Of a stretch of DNA of 64,000 nucleotides, positions 1 through 11,600 are shown piece after piece (within the stretch, counting starts at the first letter, position 1; each line of letters starts with the position of its first letter). The position numbers and the translations under genes were made by a program. Below the pieces are notes generated by a model. That model was given only the letters and a program-made list of their open reading frames with translations, did no database searches and was not told the DNA's origin. This stretch comes from Raillietiella orientalis (lineage: Eukaryota): positions 186,001 to 250,000 of the forward strand of contig JAYWIR010000093.1 of assembly GCA_036172245.1 (NCBI GenBank), written 5' to 3'.

Positions 1-3000
1 TCCGCGGTGCATGGTGGTGGAAATCTTCCTTCTAGAGAGGCGTTTCAATCTGATCGCTTGCAGTATTTGATACCCCTTTCCAAGGGTCTTCCTGCCTTCG
101 AGGTGGTCCCGCTTTAGGCTTTTTTCGACGTCGTTGGATTTAGGGGGTCTAACAAGTATGCTCTTTCGCAGATGAGGGCGACTTTACCAAACGACTCGGG
201 CTTGGTTCTGGTTCTTGACTGCGGCTCCTTCGGACCCCCCGTCAGCCTTTCTGTCGACGGTCACTTACGGACAGAAAGTGGTCATTGATCGGGAGGTGTT
301 TCGAGTGTTTGCTCGGGGTCTGATGGGGACAGGCGAGGCAGAGGCCGGGCGGCGGGATGCCACCATCGCCTGCCACGTGGCCCCTGCGTGCAGGCATTGT
401 TGCGGTTACGTCACGCGCACGGAGTCTGCCGCGGATCCGTGTTCCGTTGCTAGGCAATGCAAGGGTGTACCAGCAGTCCGTGTACCAGCGGGGATTGTTG
501 ATGACCGGAAGCCGGCGGTGGGCTGTGCGTGCCAGCCGTGGTGCTCTGGTCACACGAATCAGTTTGGTCAGCCATGGAACCGGACGCGGAAAGTTTTTCC
601 TTTTTTTTTGTTTACCAGGAAGGTTTCTGTGAGGAGGAAGCCATTTGGACTTCACTTTGCCGATTCCACGGTGTGCAGCAAAACAAAAGTGAGTCGCTTT
701 TCTTTCAATAAATTGCCTGGAAATGTAACGGCGGTGTCTGCAAAAATGGATTTCTGCAGGTGGACGGTTTTCAACAGGCATCTGAGGGGGAGGGGGGAGG
801 GAGGGGGAGATTCCCTTTTATGAACTTTACGCGTTTTTTTTTTAAAGTTGCAATCTTGAAACCGTTTGATTCCAGCATCTGTGCTCATCCTATTCTGAAC
901 ATGAGCATTTGCATAAAACGCGAATGGTACCTCCTCGAGGCACTTGAGGAGCATCGTGGACCCGTGGCCTGTTTTCCTGTTAGGGGTGGGTAATGGCAAC
1001 CCTGCGGAGCCCATGGCGAGAAGCCTGTGGTATCCTCAGGAATTTTAATTTCCCACCATAGGGGTTCTTTGCAAGAGCTTTCCGCACAAGGAGCTGCTTC
1101 GTCTTGAATGCTGTGTCTCTTTTCGCACCCACTGTGTTGCAATTCTCTGCAAGAACGTGTACTCTCGGTCTCTCCTTTTCATGTCCTTTCTTTTCGGGCG
1201 CAGTTTGTCTGCCAGTGTGGCGGGCAGCACGGAAACTCTCGGTGCTTTCAGTGGTCTCTCCAGGTCGAAAACACCGCGTCCCTCCGGGAGGGAAAATGTA
1301 CGAATATTCAGTGAAAGGTGGGAGCGGTTTTCACGTCTTTGGCTTCCGTATGTAAAGTGGGGAGTCGGTCGAGGAAAGTGTTGTTCGGGCCAAAGCCGAG
1401 CCGAGCGCCAATACCGAGCGGAAGGGATTCTTCGTTGTTATGGGCAACTGCCTCCATCGAGGCGTTGGCTGCAACGGTGTGATCCGTACATCCTCCGATT
1501 CAGATCGACTTGCATTTTCCTTTCCATAGAAAACACGCGTCTTGCTTTCGTTACATCTGCAGGACCCTCTGGAATGTTTCTTTTTTTTTGTTGTTGTTGT
1601 CTTGCAAGCATCCATGCCTTGTCGTTTCTCTGGAGATTACTGCCCGTCTGGATCCCATTACATCAGACAGGGCATTTTTTTTTTTTTTTTTTTACCGACA
1701 ATCAGGCTTGTTGATGGGCAAGTACCGTTTCCAACGCACCCGTCGCCATGCATACGCACCTGGTCCCTGGGCCGAAGGTCCCAGGGACGGGCAGGTTTGC
1801 ACTTTGAGTGGATAGGGGATGCGAGTTCCGCTGCTGCCCTTTGCTGTTCTTCCAGCATCACCCGCCCTGCAGCCGTACGAAGAAGACGCAAGGCGCCCTG
1901 GAGCGGGTTGCACCCTCGATATTGGGTGCCCTCTTTTCGAGAGTGCGCTTTTCCGAGCACCCAGGCCGTGTAGGGTGGTGATTTCGTTTCGTTCGTCCTT
2001 CTTTTCTTTTTTTTTTTTGCCTTACTCTCCCATCCCTTAATTGGAATTCTACTTCTGCGAGCTTCCCCGAGATCTTCGTTCAAGCGCACATGCGGAGGAT
2101 CGGGGGGAGGGACCCAACTGGAACCACGATTAGACTTCTTCAAGAGTGAAGTCACGATGGCTCCTGGTTAAGACGAAGTGCACTTCACACCTTTGCACAG
2201 TGAGGCGAAAATCAAACTCGAAAGCACTCTTCAGCTCGAGAAACGTGGCAACGTGGAGGAGGCGCTTTTGCATCTGCGGTTGCCTCCGTGCTTCACGAAG
2301 ATTTCGGAGAGAACCCGCGACACGCGGGTGCGGCGCGAGGGCGCTCCCAGGCGAAAGAAAATTTGGCACCCCATGCGTAAAAAAGGAAAGGAAAAAAAAA
2401 AAAAAAAAAACGCAAAATTTTTCATCCCGTAATTGGGCCCACCTAAGAACTTCCTATATTCGCCTCGTGGCAAAAATGGCCCTTCACGCCGTGTAGTCGT
2501 CGTATGTAGCGATGAGTTTCCAGCAGTATGGCGGCGATCAGAATTTTACGAATTTAAGTACATTTTGAGGAACGTCAGCGCGATGAGGTGAAATATCGAA
2601 TCGAAGATCGGATCGGAAAGGCTTCGGATCGGTTTCGTGTGAGCTCCAATGATTTCTTGTAGAAGAGCGCTTACAGCTTGTGAAAGGCATGGCGTAGCAA
2701 CTGAATCAATCTTTCCCATGCGGTGTTAGCAGTGCAGTGTTTCGGAAACTGTAGCTAACAGTTACAGGGCTTGGTGGTTGCCAAGGCGAACTGTCGTGAG
2801 ATCATGGCGGCAGAAAGACTGTTGTTTTTCAAACGGGAGTACTTCAGCAAGTCGTCCACAGCTCAATTCGCTGCCCAAGGAGACGCAGCTCTCGGGGAGC
2901 ATGGAAACCAAAGAAAATGTGCGATTTCGACGTAGCATCAGCTCTTCCGAGCGCGACGGCAACAGCCTCTCTCGAGCGGAGGATGCGAGCACGTTCTCAA

Positions 3001-4433
3001 GCAATAAAAGTAACACACTGTTCTACGTGCTTCAGCGACAGTCAAGAGGAACAGCGACCACTTTGTGATTACGTCACAAGTGGCCATTTTATTCGTCTCC
3101 TGCAAGCTACAAAATTGGAACGTACTGTCAGATCTTGGCAGATGAATTTTATATATATATATATGTCAAAGGCGTGCAGTTTCAACGAAATATGCACCGA
3201 TATCTACGTACGTAGTTCGTGATGCGAATAAAACCGGAACACTAGAAAGAATGACTCTCGTAATAACCCAACACCTTAAATCCAATTTTTTCGTAGTCAG
3301 CAGGATTTTAAGTGTACATTCATTTGCAATGTTTTTGGGGGCGAGAGGCAGTACAGAATTTCCTTTCGGAGTTTTTTATCGAATTAAAGCGCTGGCGTGA
3401 TCAGCGTTTTCATTCGCGCGCTCATGGGCAGATGGGCGCGAATGCACCGGGATGTAACTTTCGCCAAGGTTCTCTCTCCGTCACTTCTCATCTCGAGCGG
3501 AGGCTTTGCTCCCGCGGCCTCCAGCATTCGCAGCTTTCCTGAACTTCTTCTTGGATTCACTTCCGGTTCCGCACGTTCGAAGGGAAGGAGCAGGCGGTGG
3601 ACATCCGCTCCCACGTGGTCCCTCTCAGGGATCCCATCTTTACCCGGGTTTCCTGGATTTCCCTCGTTCCTTCGCTCTCCTCTTTCCGCGAATTTCCCCT
3701 CATCCTGTCCTTCGGAGAACGCCGGGCAGCGACCCCGCATCCCCTCGACTACCATGGCAACTGCCGCGTGCCTCTGCCGTGGTTCGAGTTTCGGAAGATT
3801 TTCTTCTCGTTTCCTTCTCGGGCAGTTTGCCCGTCCCGAGGCTCCCAATCACCAGGCAAGACTTCCTGCGATGACGCAGCTTGGAACGCTTAGCCACTGA
3901 GCCACGGTTCGAAGCCCGCAGCCACGGAAACGCTTCGCACCGAAGCCGTCCCCAATGCAAATCAGCCTCACCGGTCAGCTCGACCCCACGGGAGACCTCA
4001 GTCACACCGCAGTCCCGCGTTGGCAGCCGCGTGGCTGCAGTCTCTCCGGGCGTGCTGGCGCCGGGCGTCGTGGGTTTCGAGTCCGTCCCGCAAGATGGCC
4101 TGCTGGTTGGCCCAGGGGCTTCGGGTGCGACGGCACTGGTGGGAGCCGGATGCCCCCGCTGGTCGGCCGGGGTCCTTCCAGGAATCGAAGAGCCCTTCGG
4201 GATTTCCTCCGGAGAGTAAGAGGAACGGATGTCTTCCTCCAGTGCCTTCCTGGATTCGTAGGGTGATCCCTACGGGGTCACCCCCCTACACGCAGCCTCG
4301 GGTGGCAAGAACGGTTCTTCAGCACTCCTTGAGGACCCAAAAAGGGGGAAACTCCATGGGAGGAAGGCGCGCGCGGTGGGTGTTGGACGGAGGGTCAGAC
4401 TCGTTCGGCCATCTGACGGATCACCGAGAAACC

Positions 4434-4463
4434 GTGTGCGTGTGCGTGTGCGTGTGCGTGTGT
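4434..4463. repeat. (GTGTGC)n microsatellite
   Basis: Directly visible. Confidence 0.9.
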
Positions 4464-5412
4464 GGGGGGGGAGAAGGAGCTCGCGCGCTGCTTTTCCGTG
4501 CACGATTCGTGTTTTGTCGTGTCGAGCAATTTGGCTTATGAAACGAGTGGTCCATTCAGTGGCTGCGGGGCAGTCGAGGAATTCCCAAGGCGAATGGGAG
4601 AGGTTCGCCTCTCAACGTGTGCGAAGCGAGCGGAGGAATCGAAGGATTCCTCCATCTCTCTGGAAAATGCTGCGGACGCTGTGCAGAGACCGCAGTGCGT
4701 GCTCTCGAAGAATCCTCCGCGCCCTGCGGAGCGCGCCTGCATCTTTGAGGACCTCAGCGACGTGCACATCCCAAGAGAGGAATCAGCGAGCGGCCATTCC
4801 GATGCGTGGACAGAGAGGGGGAAGCGAATCAAGGTCATCCGAGTTTCGAGGATGCGGGAACTTCGGAAAGGGGGCGGCGTCCTTGGGCGGGACCCCGGAG
4901 CAGGCGAGAGCGTGGCCCAATGAATCCGCCACGCGAAGAGCCGAGAACTGGGGAGGCGGTTGCTAACCGACGTCGTCCGATCAAGGCGGAAGGTGATTCT
5001 GCATCTTGGTTGCATGGGATGGTGATGGCGCTCATCGAGGTGTTTGATCCCCCGTCGGCTGGCGCTCCCCGGCTCCTCTGCCTCCCGAATCTGACAGCCG
5101 AGCTCCCCATCGCGCCGACACGCTGACCGTGGGACGCGGGAAAAAAGATTCGACCCGTTAATTCCCGGAAGTCGCTGCGCGCGCGGGGGAACGATCGGGC
5201 TGCTCACGTGAGCGCGTATCGTGTTTGCGTGCGTGGACGTGGAAAGGCGGAACGGTGGTCGTCGTCCGGCGGCCGAATGCAGGGCCCCGGGTATGCCGGG
5301 GTCCCCGCTGCTCCCCCGGAGCGATCCGGAATCTCGCCGCATGCTCGCTCGGTGGCAGCGCGGTCGCGCGCGCCGGGGGGCGTCTCTCTCAAAGAGGCTT
5401 CTGCTTTTCCAG

Positions 5413-5643
5413 GTGCGTGCTATGCAGAGTTTGGCGTGCGAGTGCCGTCCACCACGGGCTCGGCCTACACGTACAGCTACGTGACCGTCGGCGAGCTGAT
5501 GGCCTTCGTCATCGGATGGAACATGATCTTGGAATACCTGATTGGTACTTCTGCGTGCGCACGCGCCTTGAGCGCCACAGTCGACGCGCTCGTCAACAGG
5601 GCGATCAGCAGTGCGATCGGGAATTCGGTGGGAACGATATTCG
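5413..5643 (+). CDS. SLC7A14: SLC7A14-like exon (GACYAEFG...GTIF)
   Basis: ttttccAG acceptor at 5411-5412; GTaagg donor at 5644; phase 1 to phase 1. Confidence 0.93.
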
Positions 5644-8600
5644 GTAAGGATCTCTCTCCCTGCCCGTGAAAGAGCCCCGCGATCGAAAGATCCCTCCCGG
5701 CACGTCGCTCGGCGGCGCGTTCCGCGGTGCGGGACGCCGTCCGGATTTCGCGGCCTGTGGCCTTGGGTCTGCCCCCTTGTACGAAAGCGAGACTTCCGTT
5801 TCCTTTGCCTAGAGACGAGGAGGATTTTCGCGCAACGTTGCCGTTTCCGGCTTGCGCTTCCTTCGTCGGACAGGTTTTGAGCGCGTGGGTTTGAGCGAAA
5901 TCCTCTACCATCAGATTTGTAGAACACCGCCTCCATCTTGAAGTGCCTTTCAAAAGAATCGTCAAGATGCAGCCGATATAATGTAATTGAAAACAGAAGG
6001 TAATAAGCCTTGAGGAAACCTACAAGACTATGGCCTGGATCAGAGATGGTGTGCGTTCCCCTTCCTCCCCGTTTGAAAACATGCATCTCCCATCAGAACA
6101 TTCGCAGGGGCAACAACTCTTCGATCTTACAAATTCGATTAAGCACGTGCGGATATTTTGATTTCTTGACCGCGACGAGCAAACAAAAGAGGCAAACAAA
6201 CGTGGCCGCTTGGAAAATACTTGCCATCGATCTTTCGGAACTTCTGTTTTCTCTGAGGAAGATTCCCTTCCGGAACTGCCTCAACCGGAGCGCGTGGAAA
6301 CCGTCCGCCTCCCTCGACAAACCTTCTTTGGAAGTTCTTCCCAAACTTTCGTGCGTCGAAGTTCTTTCCGAACGCCACGTAGCCATCGACCACACCGCGC
6401 CATCAGGAAACAGAAATACGAACGCCGACAAAGCGCACGACCCCCCCCGGCGCAGGGGCATCGCTCATCTCCGACGCCAGGGAAAGCAGCGTTGCGGCCC
6501 ACACCCTCCGCCACTTCAAGCATCCCTGGCCTCTTGAGGAATACGCTTCGTCAGCAAAGGTTGCAACCCACAGGGCGATAAGTTGACCGAGGTCATCATC
6601 GCGCGCTGCTTTGCTTTCAGGTCCGACTGTCGTCTGTGTGTCTGCGCCACGCCTCCAGGAACACAGCGAACTGTGTCGGTGCACGTGAAAATACGTTGGA
6701 ACAAATTCATGTGACGTATTATTTAGTGACGTACATAGCGAGCACATATTTCTTTTTTTATGTACAATTTTTATAATATTTAGGTACGTATAAGCATATA
6801 CGTTTATATGTACATATGCATTTATTTCTTATGATCCTTCGGGATTTCTACATTCGGGGTCTTTAACCGAGCCCGAAGCGCACGTCAGTTCTGCACCACG
6901 GATCCAAGCAGCATGTCGATCATCCACGGACTGCTCAGTTCAGGAAAATTGCCCTCATTTATCCTCGATCTCCAACTTCTTATTTCTTGAAGGGGGGGGG
7001 GAGGCAAAAGTACGCATCGTTCCCTCCAGTGTGAATACGAGCACGGCAAGAACTTGATGACACGTAGGTACGTGGAGCATGTGACCACGAGGCGATGAAG
7101 GAATACTGGATTCATTTTCGCTGCTTTCCACATCCCTCCAGCCATTTTGTTTTTTTGTTCTCCTTCTTTTTCGCGGCTTTCTTTGGTTCTCGAAGTACTC
7201 AAGCTGCTTTGCTCCACGTGTGCACCAGAGAGGCGCTCCACAATGCCGTAGAAGGCTGCTAGAAGGGGCTCGCACTCTGCTGTCGCGCACCGGAGATGCG
7301 AGAGAATCGGAGATGGGGTGGGGTCGGTTTCCTGAAGGGTCCATCCACTCCCTGTTCCCTGCTTGCAAACGGGGGGCATCCGGCTGCTAGGCCGCGCCAG
7401 CGCCATCGTGTGTGGATACCCGGAAGCCGCGAAGCATCCCACTGGACGTCGATCCCCTTCCACCCCGCGAGGTCAGGTGAGGTGCCCCGACGCCGTGAAC
7501 GCACTCTGCTGCCCCGGTCGCTCCCCACACGACGTTCTCGTGGGAGCACGAACGGCTCCATGCCGACCAGCGCTCCTCCAGCCGGGCGCCTCGATCCGAA
7601 GACGCCCACGGCGGTTTGGTTGGACCCCGACGTGCTTCCGCCACCGTCGGCAGTGGCGACCGGGTCGCGCACCGAAGACCGGCGTGGTCTTCCCGCTTTG
7701 TTCCCAAAAAGAACCAACATTTCATACCAAGAGCCAGTTTCGTTGCTGTTGTTGTTTATCACCCGGCAACGGGTGATAAAAGCACTCCGGAGAGTTTATT
7801 AAAAAAAATAATAAATAAAGAGACACACAAATCAGGAACAGAGTTCCCACAAAAGGCAAACAAAAGTTCTCCGGGGAGGGATCAATCTGACTCAGATCGG
7901 CGACGTAGGGAGTCTAGAGCGGGAGGGAAAGTACGATAAATAAACGAAAAAGGCAGGGAGGGAAGGGGCAGGGATACGCTCCTTCCTCTCTCCTCAGCCT
8001 CCTCAAGGTTGCACGTGAGCTCCGTGCGAGACGACTTCTTTCCGCTAAGGGGGGCCACCCCGCTGCAGTCCTCACCCCCTCATCGTTCTTCGGCCAGCAG
8101 CAGGGCATTTTATTTATCTGAAATGGCAGCGACGCGAGCAAACGAACCAGCAAGAGTCGTTCTTGAGCTCTGCGGCATCCCTCCCCAGCTTTCAGCATCG
8201 GTTCTTTCCACACCGCACTAGAGGAGGGCCCTGGACGCTCCTCGCGCTCTTTCCCGGACAGTTTGGTTCAAAATCCCGAAAGATCAAAAACATATGTATA
8301 CATACAGATACATAGATATGGATATAGATACATGGATCGAAAATATAAAGGTTATAAAAAATGAACATGCTCATTGTGTATATGAACACATATATTTATG
8401 TTAATGTACACATTTTTATATACTTATTTATTGATATATATGGTGATAGTATAATTAATAATGTTTCGTCGCAGTGTGATGTATAGTATATAAATCAAAT
8501 ATTATGAAAATATGTACATGTTCATTATATATATACATCAAATGAATACGCAGGCATCAAATTCGAAACGAATGCGTTTATCATATTGGCAGAATTATGA

Positions 8601-11600
8601 ACGATCCAAATAGAATTCCGCAGTTGTCGAGAAAGTTACATCTACTGAGTGCCGGAAATGACAGATAAACGGAAATACCAAGTTTGTTATTTGTTTTTTC
8701 GATTTGTTCGTTTGTGTCATTGTTTTCCACCTATTTTTAATAGTCACCATTATTTTTTTTAATTGGATCCTATATATTCATTTCGTATATATTCATCATA
8801 TGAGTAAATATACATAATAAGCATATTTGTATATATTGTTGCATGTTATGAATTATATTGAAAATATGTATCTTACTATATGTTAATAAATATATAAGTT
8901 TAAAAAATACTGCTATTAACAATACATATGTTTATAAATATTAATGAAAAAAACGATTTATACATAGATAAATGTACAAATTGATTTTAACGTACAAAGA
9001 GATCTTATGTATTTATTTTTTTAGAATTTTTATAATGCATATTCATATATCAAAACCATTATTTATATATATAATAAATATATCTATCTATTTTTTATCA
9101 TCTTCCATGGTTTTGAAGGGCACCGACCGTGCTCACACGCTTTTATGGAAAGCTCCGCGGACGAAGATGCTGTCTTCGAACCAGACTTCCTTCGCTCGAA
9201 GTTCCATCTACCATCCCGTCAGCAGTGGTGCACTGGTGGATCGCGTGCACCTAAAAGCATTCTTTTCTTCTTTCGATCACCCGCAGGCAGCTAGAGCAAG
9301 GCATTGTGGGAAACAGGACAGAGATCAGGCACTATCGCCCTGAGCGACATGTCCCATCGCTTCTCCACTCTCGGGCGGAAAACGTGTCCACGGTGGGTCC
9401 ACTTCCAATCTGCCAGTCCGTTTCCCTCTGTCGCTGGCGCTTCGTTTCCCTCCGGCACCGGAAAAACGAGGTGATGTGGGCGGAGTTGTTTCACCCAACC
9501 CCTCTATTCGAGGACATTCCGTGGCAAGCCCTTCCATCTATGTTCTTTATTCGCACGAGCGACGAACACATCTTCCGGCTCCCCGTAAACGCTGCTTCCT
9601 GTCATGGCCCGAGGGCCTTGATTTCACAAATGCCCGACTGCCCAGCTGCCTTCACAGCGTTCCTTTGTCACCAAGGAGACCGTACCTACCTGGATCCCGT
9701 TTGGGTTCAAGCGGCCCTTGAGGAACGACCACAGAATCTTCTGCGATCGCTCACGATGGAACTCCTTCTGGAGTTCCTCCATATTCGCCGCTTCCCCTCC
9801 AGCTTTCTTTTTTCCGTTCGCCTCCTTACAGAGAGCTCACGAAGCTCTTCAACGTTGCCCACGCCAACCGAGGGTGCGTGTGAGTTTTCAAGCTAGGTAG
9901 GGTGACCCTGTGGACTCAGCCTATGACTCCATGAAGGCTCCGGAAGAAGCAGTCTGTTCCTCGTACGTTTGGGAGGGAACCTCGAAGGAAACCCTCCCCC
10001 TGGTGGTCTCCAGAGGACCTTCCCAGAAAGGATCCGTTCCTAGTTTCCTCCTCTGAAGAGAACCCCGAACTTACCAAATTCTCGACGAAGCGAACAACGC
10101 ACTTCTTAACACTTAGGGGAGGCGACCGATCCCTAGACGGGGGTATCAAACAGCTCCATTTTCACAGCCGAAGGGTGGAACCCCGGAGAAAATGGTCGCT
10201 TGGAGTCCTCGAAAGACCCCGGAGGCACCAATCTGTGAACCCAGGAAGGCTCCGGAGGAAAAAGGTTGCCCTTAATAAGCTTGGGATGGGAATCACGAAG
10301 GGGATCCTCGTCCTGTTTGTGCCCCAAGGGAACAAAGGTCACTTTGCCCAGTTATTCTCACACTCTACTTGCTTGTCCCCAAAAGGGTCCTTCTGATAGA
10401 AACCTCGCCCTCGTTGCTCCCTAAGAGAACGACGAAGCTCACCCTCACCCTGGTTGTCACCAGAAGCGCCCAAAGAGGCAACCCTCCAACCTCGCCAGAA
10501 AACGGAGGTCGAACCGAAAGTCGCGGGCGGTGAGCGGGACAAGATGCGATCTAGGAACGGGAAGCTGGTCGGCTTTCGCGTGGAATTTCGAGAGCCCGAG
10601 AGGGAGGTGCACCCGCCTCGCAACTCTCGTCCCCCCCCCACCCTTCCTCCTTCCGCGGCTGACAAGCGCGAAGACCCTCCACTCCTCTTTCGTTCCAGGA
10701 AAGCCTCCAGACTTCTGGCTTTCGGAATCACGATCTTCATGATTGTGCTGCTGCTGGTCGGCGTGAAGAAGTACCTGATATTCAACAACGTCTTGAACGC
10801 CATGAACCTGGCAGCGTGGTCTTTCGTGCTGGCGGCCGGGTTCTCTTTCGTGGATGGTAGGAACTGGACCGAGCACGGTGGCTTCCTGCCTTACGGCTGG
10901 TCTGGGGTGAGTGACTCCAGATCACGGCATCGCCCCCATCCCCGCAATCCGAGGACCCTCCCTGCATCCTCTTCTTGCAATGGCAGCAGCGCCTTGCAGC
11001 GACGAGCTGCCGTTGGAGGCAGCGAGTCCGAAGCGGCCTGCATGACCGTCAGGGAGACGAGCGGCAGGTCGACGCTGGATGCGGGAAAAGCGAACCCCTC
11101 GACCTCCGCCACGTGCGCTCTCCGCGGCCACGGTCCCCGCACCGTGTCGGACGACGCATCTGCTCGGCGGACGTCCGGTCCCCGGAAACGCGAAAACAGT
11201 GCTTCGGAAAGGAACGCCAGTGATTGGACTGAGATCTCCGGACGCCTTCGCCCGCCTCCCAAACCTTGGCGAGGCGTGCCATTGGGGAGGCTGAAAGAAC
11301 CGTTCACGTAGGCGGGAGCGCAAACGGATGGTTCTTGCGCTGGCAAGCGAGGCCGCGCTCGATGGAAAGTGAGGAAGGTGCGCTATGTCGAAGGGGAAGG
11401 GTCCCCATGCCCCCAGATCGCGGGCCTCCGTCCATCCTCGACCCGATCTCTCTCGATGTTTACGCGAAACCGGGGCAACCCGACTCGGAAAGGAAACGAG
11501 CGCGTTGCTCGAGGGAAAACAGCGGACCCATTGATCCAGGCACGCGTCGGTGGGAGCAGAGGAGACTCCCGCCTCGAGCATGTTGAAGCCCCAAACGAAG

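Noticed and set aside
1..5400. Missing N-terminal exons of the transporter
   Set aside because: No GxGxY or AGP-type TM1/TM2 motifs found in the + frames; they are probably upstream of the window.
4536..6086. 516-aa minus-strand ORF
   Set aside because: Antisense to a real exon, Arg/Gly/Pro-rich, no recognisable domain.
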